This document shows, piece after piece, positions 11,101-22,100 of a stretch of 64,000 nt of DNA. This DNA is from an uncultured bacterium (lineage in GTDB: Bacteria; Krumholzibacteriota; Krumholzibacteriia; LZORAL124-64-63). The stretch's first letter is position 1, and each line of letters opens with the position of its first letter. Under the pieces are notes generated by a model. The model was given only the letters and a program-made list of their open reading frames with translations, had not been told where the DNA came from and did not search any database. A program made the position numbers and the translations under genes. The stretch lies in NCBI GenBank assembly GCA_963727525.1, contig CAVSGO010000003.1, positions 352,001 to 416,000 on the forward strand, read 5' to 3'.

Positions 11101-12076
11101 CGTTCTCCTCGCGCAGTACGTAGGGCCGCGCGTGCGTGGATTCGTAGTAGGTGCGCGCCATCATCTCGGCCACGACGCCGGTGGTCAAGAACTGCACGGC
11201 GGCGATGCCCAGCACCACGCCCACGAGCAACAGGGGCCGCTGCCCGATGTCCTGGCCGAGCGCGAACTTCACGATCCCCAGGTAACCCAGGATCGCCGAG
11301 GCGAGCATCCCGAAGACCAGTCCGATCAGCCCGAAGACGTGCCCTGGCTTGGCGCGGTGGTGCAGGAAGAACGACACGGTGAGCAGGTCGACCAGCACGC
11401 GGAAGCTGCGGCTCAGGCCGTACTTCGACTGTCCTTGAGTGCGCGCGTGGTGGCGCACCTCCATCTCGCCGATGCGCGCGGGCGCGGTGACGGTGGCGGC
11501 CCAGGCGGGAATGAAGCGATGCATCTCGCCGTACAGGCGCACCTGACGGATCATGCGGGTGCGGTAGACCTTGAGGCTGCAGCCGTAGTCGTGCACGTGC
11601 ACGCCCGTGACGCGCCGGATGAGGCGGTTCGCGATGCGCGACGGGATCTTGCGCAGGAAGATGCCGTCCTGACGGTGCCGGCGCCAGCCGGTGAGCAGAT
11701 CGAGGTCGCGCGCGTGGAGCTGTTGCACCAGGAGCGGGATGTCCGCGGGGTCGTTCTGGAGGTCGCCGTCGAGGGTGGCGATGATGGTGCCGCGTGCGGC
11801 GTCGATGCCGGCCTGCATGGCCGCCGTCTGGCCGAAGTTGCGCTGCAGCGTCAGGACGCGCATGTGCGGGCCGGCGGCCGCGGCCGCGGCTTGCAATCGA
11901 CCCGCAGTGCCGTCGCTGCTGCCGTCGTCCACGAGGATCGCTTCCCAGGGGTGCGGATATCCAGCCAGGGTCTCGGAGAGTCGCGCCACGAGCGGCTGCG
12001 CGTTGGCCTCCTCGTTGTACAGGGGCACCACCACGGAGAGACGGTGGGGAGGCAGCGTGGCTCGTTCCATCATCAC
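11039..12076 (-). CDS. GT2 polyprenyl-phosphate glycosyltransferase (ArnC/GtrB-like)
   Basis: SVVVPLYNE, VDDGSSD, RNFGQTAA, DGDLQNDP, HDYGCSLK, two C-terminal TMs. Confidence 0.92.
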   Translation of the reverse strand: MMMERATLPPHRLSVVVPLYNEEANAQPLVARLSETLAGYPHPWEAILVDDGSSDGTAGRLQAAAAAAGPHMRVLTLQRNFGQTAAMQAGIDAARGTIIATLDGDLQNDPADIPLLVQQLHARDLDLLTGWRRHRQDGIFLRKIPSRIANRLIRRVTGVHVHDYGCSLKVYRTRMIRQVRLYGEMHRFIPAWAATVTAPARIGEMEVRHHARTQGQSKYGLSRSFRVLVDLLTVSFFLHHRAKPGHVFGLIGLVFGMLASAILGYLGIVKFALGQDIGQRPLLLVGVVLGIAAVQFLTTGVVAEMMARTYYESTHARPYVLREENDGRLDDPDAAWHQPPATGTT

Positions 12077-13014
12077 GTCCCATCGCTCCGGCGCTCGTCC
12101 GCTTGCCGGCGTCCCCAGGGCAGCACGGCGGGAATCACTCCCAGGATGCTCGCACCCAGAATGAAGAGATGCAAGTTCACGGCGGCCGGCAACGCCTGCG
12201 CCAGCGCCACGCTCAACGGCGTGAGCACGGCCAGCACGCCGGCCTCATAGGTGCCCGCTCCGGCCACGCCGTGCAACGGTAGCACGCTGCTGAGCTCGCC
12301 GCCCACGGCGCCGAGCAAGGCCGTGCGCGGACCGAGGCCGGCCATGGCATGCAGGAGCCAGGCGAAGGAAGCCAGCTTCACGAGCCAGGTGATCGCGGTC
12401 CAGGCCATCGTGGTGCCCAGCATGCCCCGGGTCTCGGGGATGCCCTCGACCAGGCGGATGAGCACGCCCCGGACGCGGCCGCTGTCGCGGCGCCGCAGGA
12501 GAGCTGTCACCGGTCGGCGCGTCGCGTACGCCAGCGGGGGCACCAGCAGCCAGAGCGCGAGTACCGCGACGGCGGGAACCGGCGGCCACAGATGCAGTAA
12601 CAGGGCCGTGCCGGCGCTCAGGGCGAGCAGGTGCGCGTCGAGTACGCGGAACCAGAGCAGCCGCGGGACCGACGCGGAGGGCGGCACCGCGAAGTAGCGC
12701 CGCATGAGCACGGGAAACGCCAGCTCGCCGCTGCGCACGGGCAGGAAGTTGTTGGCGAAGGTGTGGATGAGGACCAGGCGCAGGCAATCCGACAATCGCC
12801 CCCGCGTTGCGGCGGGAAACGCGACCTCGATGCGCACGGCGCGGGCCACGTAGCTGACGAACAGCAAGAGGATCGCAGCGCCGAGGCCGGCGGGCGACAG
12901 CAGCGTCCAGGCCTGGACGATCCGGCTCCAGCCCACGGTGCGCTCGGTGAAGACGACGAAAACCGCCAGGATCACGAGCCCGATGAGCCAGCGCCAGGAC
13001 GAGGAACGGGGCAT
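12073..13014 (-). CDS. Lysylphosphatidylglycerol-synthase TM domain (UPF0104 flippase-like) protein
   Basis: FANNFLPVRSGE, RVLD, AGAGTYEAG; multi-TM. Confidence 0.8.
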   Translation of the reverse strand: MPRSSSWRWLIGLVILAVFVVFTERTVGWSRIVQAWTLLSPAGLGAAILLLFVSYVARAVRIEVAFPAATRGRLSDCLRLVLIHTFANNFLPVRSGELAFPVLMRRYFAVPPSASVPRLLWFRVLDAHLLALSAGTALLLHLWPPVPAVAVLALWLLVPPLAYATRRPVTALLRRRDSGRVRGVLIRLVEGIPETRGMLGTTMAWTAITWLVKLASFAWLLHAMAGLGPRTALLGAVGGELSSVLPLHGVAGAGTYEAGVLAVLTPLSVALAQALPAAVNLHLFILGASILGVIPAVLPWGRRQADERRSDGT

Positions 13015-13181
13015 GACGACCCTTCGTCGGGACGGAGACCGGCAGTGGCGCGCATCAATTTGCACCCGGCGGGTGCGACTATCCAGTGTAATCCCGTTCG
13101 ACGCCGGCAGGTAGGCGTGGTTCCCCCGTGGCGTCTTCTGCTAGGATGCAGCGATCGCGAGGGGGCGAGGTGAGATCCGGA

Positions 13182-14420
13182 ATGCGAGAGTACTTGCTGT
13201 CGTGCGTGCTGCTGGGTCTGGTGGCCGGGTGTGCGCGCGCCCCGGAGCTCCCGGTGGCCCGTGCCGGTCGGGCATCCCTGGCGCGGGTGCTCGTGGAGAG
13301 CGGCGAGGTCTCGGCCGTGCGGTCGCAGACCGTACGGGCGCCGATGGAGTGGAGCGGCGACCTCCAGGTCACGGCGATGGTGCCTGAAGGCACGCTGGTG
13401 GCCGCGGGGGATACCCTCGTCCAGCTCGATCCCAGCGCCCTCGACCGTGAGGCCGAGACGATAGCCGGTAAGCTTGCCGACCTCGCCGCCCAGCGGCGTG
13501 GCGTGCTGGCGAGCCAGGAATCGCAGCGCCTGCGCCTGCGTAACGCGGTGGCCACGGCCGAACTCTCGCGCGAGCAGGCGACGCTGCAGCTCGAGAAGTT
13601 GAAATTCGAGGCCCAGACGCGACGCGAGGAAGCGCGGCTGAGCCTGAGCAATGCCGGAGTTGCCCTGGAGGAGGCGCGCGCCAAGCTCCAGGCGCAGGCG
13701 GTGCTCGACAGCCTGGCGCTGGCCAAGACCGACCTCGCCCTGGCCAGCGCCCAGGCGAGCCAGGACGGGCTGCGCCAGCGCCGCGCTGCGATGATCGTTC
13801 GGGCGCCGTCGCCCGGGTTGGTGGTGTATGTCGAGAGCCGCGACCGCCAGGGCAATCGCTTCAAGCCGCGCGTGGGCGACACGGTCGATCCGTGGCGGCC
13901 GCTGGCCGAGATTCCCGACCTCACGCAGATGCAGGTGGAATTTCCTGTCCACGAAGTCGACCGCCATCGCGTCGACGTGGGGCTGTCGGTGCGGGTGAGG
14001 CTCGAAGCCGACCCCGATACCGTGTTCACCGGGCAGATCGAGACGATCGCGCGGCTAGCCACCGAGGTCGCGGACGACAGTTCGGTGCGCGCCTTCGCCG
14101 TGCGCGCTCTCCTGGATGGGCACGACCCGCGCCTGCGCCCCGGCATGACAGCGGTCGTGGAGGTGGCGCTGGGGGCCAGTGACACCCTCGTCACGATGCC
14201 GCGCACGGGCGTGTTCGAGCAGGATGGCGAACCCGTGGTGTTCCCGCGCGCCACCTGGCCGCAGCCGCGCCCCGTGCGCCTGGCGGTGCTGACGCCGCTC
14301 GTCGCCGGCATCGCCGAGGGCCTGGCTGCCGGCGAAGCCGTCGTGCTCCAGAAACCGGCCGCTGTCACCGATCTGCAGCCTCTCGGGGCTGCCGCCCACG
14401 CCAAGGACATCTTGCCATGA
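13182..14420 (+). CDS. Efflux periplasmic adaptor (MacA/HlyD-like) 1, lipoprotein
   Basis: LVAGC lipobox, PEGTLVAAGDTLVQLD, coiled coil, VRAPSPGLVVY, LRPGMTA. Confidence 0.9.
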   Translation: MREYLLSCVLLGLVAGCARAPELPVARAGRASLARVLVESGEVSAVRSQTVRAPMEWSGDLQVTAMVPEGTLVAAGDTLVQLDPSALDREAETIAGKLADLAAQRRGVLASQESQRLRLRNAVATAELSREQATLQLEKLKFEAQTRREEARLSLSNAGVALEEARAKLQAQAVLDSLALAKTDLALASAQASQDGLRQRRAAMIVRAPSPGLVVYVESRDRQGNRFKPRVGDTVDPWRPLAEIPDLTQMQVEFPVHEVDRHRVDVGLSVRVRLEADPDTVFTGQIETIARLATEVADDSSVRAFAVRALLDGHDPRLRPGMTAVVEVALGASDTLVTMPRTGVFEQDGEPVVFPRATWPQPRPVRLAVLTPLVAGIAEGLAAGEAVVLQKPAAVTDLQPLGAAAHAKDILP

Positions 14421-15667
14421 CCCGACCGTCGTCCCGCCGGCTCACTCTGCTCGCGCTCGCCATCCTGGCGGCCGTGGCCGTCGTCGTGGTCGCGCGCGCG
14501 CGACGGGAACGGGCCGAGCTGATCACCGCCACCGCCACGCGCGGCGAGTTCCAGGTCGCGATCACCACGACTGGCCAGGTGGACGCGGTCAAGAGTCGCA
14601 ATATCAGCCGCCCGCGCGTGGGTGGATCGTGGAGCGCCGCCCAGATCGTCGAACTGGCGCCCGAGGGCAGCCTCGTGACGCAGGGCGATTTCCTCGCCCA
14701 GTTCGACACCGGCGATGCGCAGCAGCAACTCGACCAGGCCACCAACGATCTGCAGAACGCGCGCGCCGAGCTGGCGCGGCAACAGGCGGAGAGCGCGTCC
14801 ACGCTCGCGGAGCAGAAGAGCGCGGTGCTCACCCAGCAATACAGCTACGACCAGGCGAAGCTGCGCTACGACCAGATGCAGTACGAGGCCGACGTGCGGC
14901 GACGCGAGCAGGAGCTGGAGCTGAAGAAGGCCGAACTATCGCTGCAGGAAGCGCGCGATCGCCTCGACTCCCAGCAGGTCATCGCCGAGGCCGAGCGCAG
15001 CAAGGCCGAATACGCCGTCAAGCGCGCGCAGCTACAGCGCGACCAGGCCGAGCAGGCGTTGCAGGCGCTCACCATCACGGCGCCGGAGCCGGGCCTGGTG
15101 GTCTACAAGACCTACCGGGGCGGCAAGGTGAAGGTGGGCGATCAGGCCTGGCCGGGCATGGACATCATCGAGTTGCCGGACCTGTCACAGATGCAGGTAC
15201 GCACGCGTGTGAACGAGATCGACGTGCGCCAGGTGGCGAAGGACCAGGACGTGATCGTCTCCGTCGACGCCCTGGCCGACCAGGTGTTCCACGGCAAGGT
15301 GTCGCGCATCGCCACGCTCGCCCGCGCCGAGGGCGACGCGAAAGTGAAGGTCTTCGACGTCGACGTGCTGCTCGACGACGACGACGGCGACCTGCGCCCG
15401 GGCATGACCGCGCAGTGCAAGATCGTCACGGCGCACGCCGAGGATGTGGTGTCCGTGCCGCTGGAAGCCGTCTTCCCGCGGGACGGCAAGAGCGTCGTCT
15501 ACGTGGTCGACGGCGGCACGCATGCGCAGCCGGTCACCCTCGGGCTGCGCAACGACGACTTCGTGGTGGTCGAGGGGGTGGAGGCCGGCGCGTCGGTCTC
15601 GCTGCGAGATCCCGGGCAACCGTACGTGCCGCCGGCCAGCGCGGACAAGCCGGAGGCGGCGTCCTGA
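14417..15667 (+). CDS. Efflux periplasmic adaptor (MacA/HlyD-like) 2
   Basis: N-terminal TM, PEGSLVTQGDFLAQFD, ITAPEPGLVVY, VNEIDV, LRPGMTA. Confidence 0.9.
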   Translation: MTRPSSRRLTLLALAILAAVAVVVVARARRERAELITATATRGEFQVAITTTGQVDAVKSRNISRPRVGGSWSAAQIVELAPEGSLVTQGDFLAQFDTGDAQQQLDQATNDLQNARAELARQQAESASTLAEQKSAVLTQQYSYDQAKLRYDQMQYEADVRRREQELELKKAELSLQEARDRLDSQQVIAEAERSKAEYAVKRAQLQRDQAEQALQALTITAPEPGLVVYKTYRGGKVKVGDQAWPGMDIIELPDLSQMQVRTRVNEIDVRQVAKDQDVIVSVDALADQVFHGKVSRIATLARAEGDAKVKVFDVDVLLDDDDGDLRPGMTAQCKIVTAHAEDVVSVPLEAVFPRDGKSVVYVVDGGTHAQPVTLGLRNDDFVVVEGVEAGASVSLRDPGQPYVPPASADKPEAAS

Positions 15668-15669
15668 GC

Positions 15670-16902
15670 ATGCCGATCCTGGAAACCCTTCGCGTCGGCC
15701 TGGCGGGACTCAGCGCCCACCGCCTGCGCTCTTTCCTGACGATGCTGGGCATCGTCTTCGGCGTGGCGGCCGTGATCTCCATGCTGTCGATCGGCGAGGG
15801 CGCGCGCCGGCGCGTGCTCGAGCAGTACGCGCTACTGGGCATCGACAATCTGCTCGTGATCGACCAGCCCGCCCCGGCGCCCACCGACGACGACGAGACG
15901 CACCCCTTCAGCGCGGGCCTCACGCTCGGCGACGCCGCTGCCGTGCGGACAGTATTGCCGCTGGCGCGCCGGGTGGTGCCGCTGCGCATCGTGGAGAGCA
16001 ACATCCAGGCGGGCCGGCGGCGGGTCACCGGCAACGTGGTGGGCACCACGCCCGACTATCTCGCCGTCATGCGCCGCCACCTGGCTCGAGGGCGCTTCCT
16101 CGACTATGCCGACCTCGACAGCGTCGCGCGCGTCTGTGTGCTCGGGCCAGGCCTGGCGCGGGAGCTGTTCCTGGTGGCCGACCCGGTGGGCCAGCGCGTC
16201 AAGCTGGGACGTGACTGGTACACCGTGGTCGGGGTGATGGCGGACGTCGGCGTCGCGGCCGGCAGCGATTTGCACGACGTTCGCGACACGGCGCGTGACG
16301 TCACCATTCCTGTTACCTGCGCTCTGCAGCGCGTGAACCTGCCGGCGTTCACCAGCCCCCTCGATCGCCTCGTGGTGCAGGTGAGCGACGCGGATCGCAT
16401 CGTCGAGGCGTCGGGCGTGCTGTCGCGGCTCCTGAAGCGCCGGCACCGCGGCGTGGACGACTACCGCGTCGTGGTGCCGCAGCTCCTGATTCGCCAGCAA
16501 CAGGCCACCCAGCGCATCTTCAACGTCGTGATGGGCGCCATCGCCGGCATCTCCCTGCTCGTGGGCGGCATCGGCATCATGAACATCATGCTGGCCAGCG
16601 TCCTCGAACGCACCCGCGAGATCGGCGTGCGCCGCGCCGTGGGCGCCACCGAGCGCGACGTGATGCTGCAGTTCCTCTTCGAAGCGGTGGGTGTGAGTTT
16701 CCTCGGCGGTCTGCTCGGCGTGGCTTTCGGATTCGCGCTCACTCAGGCCATTGCCAGCTATGCCGGCTGGCCGGTGGCGATCGCGCCGTGGTCGGTGCTT
16801 CTGGCGTTCGGCGTGTCCGCCGCCGTGGGCATCCTCTTCGGCTTCTACCCCGCGCGCCGCGCCGCGCGCATGCGCCCCATCGAATCGCTCAGGTACGAAT
16901 GA
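15670..16902 (+). CDS. MacB/FtsX-type ABC permease (no fused ATPase)
   Basis: RSFLTMLGIVFGVAAVI, ISLLVGGIGIMNIMLASVLERTREIG, FGFYPARRAA. Confidence 0.93.
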   Translation: MPILETLRVGLAGLSAHRLRSFLTMLGIVFGVAAVISMLSIGEGARRRVLEQYALLGIDNLLVIDQPAPAPTDDDETHPFSAGLTLGDAAAVRTVLPLARRVVPLRIVESNIQAGRRRVTGNVVGTTPDYLAVMRRHLARGRFLDYADLDSVARVCVLGPGLARELFLVADPVGQRVKLGRDWYTVVGVMADVGVAAGSDLHDVRDTARDVTIPVTCALQRVNLPAFTSPLDRLVVQVSDADRIVEASGVLSRLLKRRHRGVDDYRVVVPQLLIRQQQATQRIFNVVMGAIAGISLLVGGIGIMNIMLASVLERTREIGVRRAVGATERDVMLQFLFEAVGVSFLGGLLGVAFGFALTQAIASYAGWPVAIAPWSVLLAFGVSAAVGILFGFYPARRAARMRPIESLRYE

Positions 16903-18425
16903 TGCGAACCCTCGTCACCCTTCTCGCGCTACTCGTCGTGACACCGCTCCTTGCCCAGGAGGCGCCGGCCGATACGGCCACCGCGCTCACCCTCGACGAT
17001 GCCATCGACCTCGCGTTGCAGGAGAGCTACAACGCCCGCGTGCAGCGGCTCAACCTGCTGGAGGCTGAGCAGAACGTGCGCGCGGCGCGCGGCCGCTTCA
17101 AGACGCAGGTGGACCTGGAGCTGGACGCGCCCAACTACAACGAATCGGTGCAGGGCGTGAACTTGCCCGGCGAGCTGCCCCAGTACACCACCTACGGCAG
17201 CCGCGAGTGGCGCAGTCAGCTTTCGGTGACACAGCCGCTGCCCACCGACGGCAGCGTGGGCCTGTCGGCCGACGCCTACCACCGCACCGACACCGTCTAC
17301 GACGAGGTGACCGACCAGACACTCGAGAGCCGCACCTTCTTCAACAGCGCGCAGCTCAACCTCACGCAGCCGTTATTCGTGCCCAACTCGCTGAAGCTGT
17401 CCCTCGAGCGCGCCCGCCTGAACCTCGACGAGTCGCAGCGCGACTACACCGCGGCCCAGCTCAATATCGTCTACAACGTGACGAGTCAGTTCTACGACTA
17501 CCTTCGTGCGGAGCGCACGCTGCAGATCGCGCGCGACGAGGCGGCTCAGCAACAGGAGAGCTACCAGCTCGCGAAGACGAAGTATGAGGCCGGTTTGATC
17601 CCCGAGGTGGAGGCGCTGCAGATGGAGGTGGACCTGGCCCAGAGTCGCAACGAGTTGCTCGGCGCCGAGGGGCGCCTCTCGCGGTCGGCCGACAGTTTCA
17701 AGCTCGTGGTGGGTCTGCCGCTGGACGCCAGCGTGCGGGTGACGGCGCCCGACGAACCCGCGTTCTACGACGTGGACGAGCAGGTGGCCATCGACCAGGC
17801 CGTCGCCAACCGCGCCGAGATCCAGAACGCCGAGGCCGACCTGCGCCGCGCCGAGATCACCCTGGCCGAGACCGACGCCCGCTCCGCCATCCGCGGCGAG
17901 CTGCGCGCTTACTATGACCTCACCGGTATCGGGCGAAGCGCGGACGAACTGGGCGTGGCCGATCTCTGGGACCTGAGCTGGCGCGACCTGCGCCACCGTC
18001 CCGCGAACAAGGGCGTGGTCTTCACCCTCACGGTACCCATCTGGGACAGCGGCGTGAACGGCGCCGAGGTCGCCGCAGCGCACGCGGCCCTCGAACGCCG
18101 CGACATCAGCCGCGAGGAACAGAAGCGCCAGGTGATCCGGGCCGTGAAGGCGTCGCTCGCCGAGCTGAGGGAGGCCCGGGCCCGGCTCGAGGCCTTGCAG
18201 CGCAGTATCGATGTGGCCCGGCGCGGCCTCGACATCAGCCTGGCCCGCTTCGCCAACGGCGACATCACCACCCAAGAACTCGCCCTCGACCGCGACCGCC
18301 TCACCCAGGTTCGTCTGTCCTACCTCGACGCCACCATCTCTTACCAGCTCGCCAGCGCGGATCTGAAGCGGCAGACGCTCTACGATTTCGAGCACGGCCG
18401 CTCGCTCGTGCCCGGAGCGAAGTGA
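16899..18425 (+). CDS. TolC family outer membrane efflux protein
   Basis: Signal peptide, LTLDDAIDLAL, KTKYEAGLI, RFANGDIT; last gene of the efflux operon. Confidence 0.9.
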   Translation: MMRTLVTLLALLVVTPLLAQEAPADTATALTLDDAIDLALQESYNARVQRLNLLEAEQNVRAARGRFKTQVDLELDAPNYNESVQGVNLPGELPQYTTYGSREWRSQLSVTQPLPTDGSVGLSADAYHRTDTVYDEVTDQTLESRTFFNSAQLNLTQPLFVPNSLKLSLERARLNLDESQRDYTAAQLNIVYNVTSQFYDYLRAERTLQIARDEAAQQQESYQLAKTKYEAGLIPEVEALQMEVDLAQSRNELLGAEGRLSRSADSFKLVVGLPLDASVRVTAPDEPAFYDVDEQVAIDQAVANRAEIQNAEADLRRAEITLAETDARSAIRGELRAYYDLTGIGRSADELGVADLWDLSWRDLRHRPANKGVVFTLTVPIWDSGVNGAEVAAAHAALERRDISREEQKRQVIRAVKASLAELREARARLEALQRSIDVARRGLDISLARFANGDITTQELALDRDRLTQVRLSYLDATISYQLASADLKRQTLYDFEHGRSLVPGAK

Positions 18426-18437
18426 GACTCTGATAGG

Positions 18438-18463
18438 CAAGGGCGCCCCGGAGGGCGCCCTTG
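18438..18463. terminator. Hairpin between convergent genes (probable bidirectional terminator)
   Basis: CAAGGGCGCCC-CGGA-GGGCGCCCTTG, perfect 11-bp stem. Confidence 0.7.
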
Positions 18464-18489
18464 TCTCAGGCCAGGAACTCGGCGGATGA

Positions 18490-19008
18490 CTAGAAGTGAT
18501 ACACGCCGTGGAAGGAGATCTGGTTGGCGTCGCTGATGATACTCAGCCGGGCCTCGATACCCAGCTGGGGGCTCACCTCGTAGCCGCCGCCGAGGACCAG
18601 GTCGAGGTCGGTGCTGTTGCTGGAGGCCTTGAAGCCGTTGTACTCGGCCGACGCGTGTCCGAACGCCAGGCCGAGTCCGCCCAGCAGGTACGCGGGCGAG
18701 TCGGTCAGGTTGTACTGGGCCAGGGCGACCAGGGGGATCTCGCTGGCCGACGTACTCACACCTGCAACACTGTCGGTGCTGTAGAAGATGTAAGAGATCT
18801 CGCCGCGGAAGGACAGCTCGGGTGTATGGGGCACCAGCATGCCGACGCCGGGTCCGAAGCCGACATTGGCCACGTCACCGAAGTTGCCCATCGGCAGCGC
18901 GATCAGGCCCTGCGCGTAGAACGACTTCTGCTGGAAGTCGAGGGCCGAGGCCTGGGTAACGATCATCGTCATCATGACCAGAGCGAGCACGATACTCACA
19001 CGACGCAT
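18490..19008 (-). CDS. Small outer membrane beta-barrel protein
   Basis: Signal peptide, alternating beta strands, YLLGGLG, LGGGY, C-terminal GVYHF; AAGGAG RBS. Confidence 0.85.
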   Translation of the reverse strand: MRRVSIVLALVMMTMIVTQASALDFQQKSFYAQGLIALPMGNFGDVANVGFGPGVGMLVPHTPELSFRGEISYIFYSTDSVAGVSTSASEIPLVALAQYNLTDSPAYLLGGLGLAFGHASAEYNGFKASSNSTDLDLVLGGGYEVSPQLGIEARLSIISDANQISFHGVYHF

Positions 19009-19039
19009 GGTGTCTCCTTAAGTGTAGGCCGAGTGGAAA

Positions 19040-19067
19040 CGGGCGGACTGCAGGTGCGGTCCGCCCG
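19040..19067 (-). terminator. Stem-loop after the 1015-aa gene, ahead of the OMP gene
   Basis: CGGGCGGAC..GTCCGCCCG stem followed by TTT on the minus strand. Confidence 0.5.
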
Positions 19068-19138
19068 ACGAGGGCGAATCGTCCGGGATTCTGAAGCCCG
19101 AGACGAGAAACTACAAGTAAAATAACGGCACGATCCGT

Positions 19139-22100
19139 CTACCGCACCAGCGTCATCTTCCCCAGGCGTGCCTCCTTGTCGACGACCGCCTCGTAGAAAT
19201 ACACGCCCGACGCTGCATCGCGCGCGTCGCGGTCGCAGCCGTCCCAGACGACACGGTGCGGGCCGGCCAGGAGATCGTCGTTCACGAGTTCCCGCACGAG
19301 CGCGCCGCGCAGGTCATAGATGCGCAGGCGCACATGGCTGCGGTGGGGGAGATCCAGCTTGATCGTCGTCCGTGGGTTGAAAGGATTGGGCCCGCAGCTG
19401 ACCTGGAGACCGCGCTCGGCGCCGGGCACCCCGGGGATGACGATGTTGGGCAGGACGCCGATCGCCAGGAGGGCCTCGGTGAGCACAGCGCCGCGCAGGT
19501 CCTCGGGCGAGACTGTGCCCGAATCCTCCGTGATGACCTCGAAGCGATAGGGAAAGGTGAGCGCCGCACCGATGACAGGCCACGTCGCATCGGCGCGATA
19601 GGTGGCCGCGGCATACGGATACTGACCACCGTCGCCGGAGGGGCTGAGGAATTCCATCAGCCGCTCTGTCGACCCGCCGGGCTCGATCGCGTCGAAGTCC
19701 GCGATGCTCGGACAGCCGCCGTACACGACCCACTCGCCGGTATCGGAGAAGAATGGGCTACCGGCCAACGCGGCCACCCTGGGGGCGATCTGGTTGCCGA
19801 TGTACGGCATCACGTCGTCGGCGACGAAGTTGACGCCCAGGCGTTGCGTGGCGAAGTTCGCGCCGGCCGAGCCGCTCTCCAGGAGACTCTTGACGAGGTC
19901 GTCGCCCAGGAACCAGACATTGCCGCCGAACTGGTCCATGTACGCGTCCAGGACCGGGATATCCGGGGACCGATCGCCGCTGTAGCCGCCCGCCTCGCCA
20001 TCGCCGAGCGTTGCGGTGGTGAGCCGTCCGCAGGTGTAGATGACACCCTTGTAGCGGGCGAGTCCCTCGGCGGTGACATGGACGCCGAGTCCGCTGGCTG
20101 CCCTGTCGGCGCCCCGGGTGCGAAAGACGTCATAGTCGCGACCCGGTGCGAAGTCGGGACCGCGCTGGAACGCGTCGAGCCAGGTGGTCCAGTCGCTCCC
20201 GCCGTCGTCCAGCCAGAGGAGCGCCTGCGGCCTCGTCGTGAACCGACCTTGCCAGCTCGGCAGGGCCCGCACCGTCGCGCCGACGGCATACATGGTCGGG
20301 ACCTCGGAGACGGACTCCTCGAAGCGACCGAACCCCGTCGTGTCCGCTGGCCACAAGGACTTGCCGACGTCGCCGGCGAGGTTGTCCAGCGCCTCCACGT
20401 AATAGTGGATCACGTCGCCGGGGTAGAAGAACCCGGTGTCGGGCAGGTCGAAGGCGTATTTCCCGATGATGGGTGCGCCTTGCGGTGTCCGGCATGAATC
20501 GCCGATCACCCAGCCGTCGACGAACGCGTCGGACTGCGTGAACCCGGCCGGCAGCGTCCGCACCTCATCGAACCGGGGATTGGCCCGCATCCGCACGCGC
20601 AGGCGCGGGGGGGCGTCGAGCACGGCGCCGGCGCGCAGGACGGTCACGGCGAGAGTGATGGAATCGCCCGGGTCGATCCGGCCATCGTCGTTGCCGCTGA
20701 TGTCGCGTGCCATGTCGAAGCGGCAGGAGTTGCTCGCCAGGTTGTCGGGATCGAGGAAACCCTGCTCGGGGAACGTGTCCTGGGCCTGGTCGATGTCGTC
20801 GGCCGCGATGGCTGGCCCGTCGTAGTGGAAGGCCTTCACCGACACGTTGTCGAAGTACGGCGCCGGCGTGCCATCGTCACCCACGAGGCCCCAGATCCAG
20901 CCGATCTCGAGGACCTGGAACTGCACCTGCGCCCATTGCGCTCCGGGGACGATCAGGTCGCTCACGTCGAACAGGTAACGCCGATACGCCGGTCCTCCCT
21001 CGTAAAAGACATTCCTGTTGACCCACCCCGCGGTTTCGAGGCTCGCGGGGTCGGCGTCGGCCGACGAGCGGACGTTCCAGGTGTGGAACACGCCGGCCGC
21101 ATAGGTCTCGAATCCCGTGTGGACCCAGGCGTCGAAGGCGAACGACGCGCCCTCGTAGCCGGCCGGCCACGCGATGGGGGGCGACGAGACGACGTTGTCG
21201 AGATGGTAGTCCGGTCCGGCCAGGCCGCCCGAGTTGTTGACGATGTAGCCGCCGGGGCCGTAGCACCAGGTGATGCACTGTGTGCCGCCGGTGCCGGGGA
21301 CCACGACGCCATCGTCGATGAACGCCACCTGCACCGAGTAGTTCTCGTGGCAGGGGTCGATATCGCTCAGGTAGCGCCAGAGCGCCGCGAAGTCGCCCAC
21401 GCCCACGAAGGGCCGCGGCTGCCAGAGCCCGGGGTCGCCATCCTCGAAGTCCTCGAAATCGACGGCGACATCGTCGGCCCAGACCTGGAGGTCGTCGAGC
21501 CGAGCGGCGCCCTCGGTATCCCACAGACAATCCTCGTCCGACCAGCCGCCGTCGCTATCGAAATGGAAGCGCAGCTCCGCAAGGTCGCCGTCAGGTCCGA
21601 CGAGGTCGCCGGGCTGGAACGAGATGGTGACGTCGAAGGGCTCGGCAGCCACCGTACCGTTCCAGGGACCGCCGACATCGAACCAGGTCTCGCCACGGTG
21701 CGCCTGGAAAGAGAGGTTGTCGTAGTCTGGTTCGGTCTCGACGCTCAGCACGCCTTGCACGCGCAACGTGTGCGCCGTGCCGGGGTCTGCGAACGCGTGC
21801 GTGAAGACGACGTCCTCGACCCAGTCGTTGCCATAGCCGTATCCGCAGGCGTTGTCGAAGACGTCGCCGCACCACAACGACTGCGCGCCGTCGAGTGGCA
21901 GGCGGGTGTCGATCTGCCACTGCGAGGTGCCGTCAGTCGTCTGGTCGTCGTGCGTCCAGCCATGCCAGTCGGGCTCGCCCGAAGCGTTTTCGAATTTGCC
22001 GTCGAGGCGACCGGGGCCGCCCAGGACGTCGATCGTGTCGCGCGACGCTGACCGCGCGGAGACCGGTGCCCCGAATGATGTCGCGTCCACACTCACGGGC

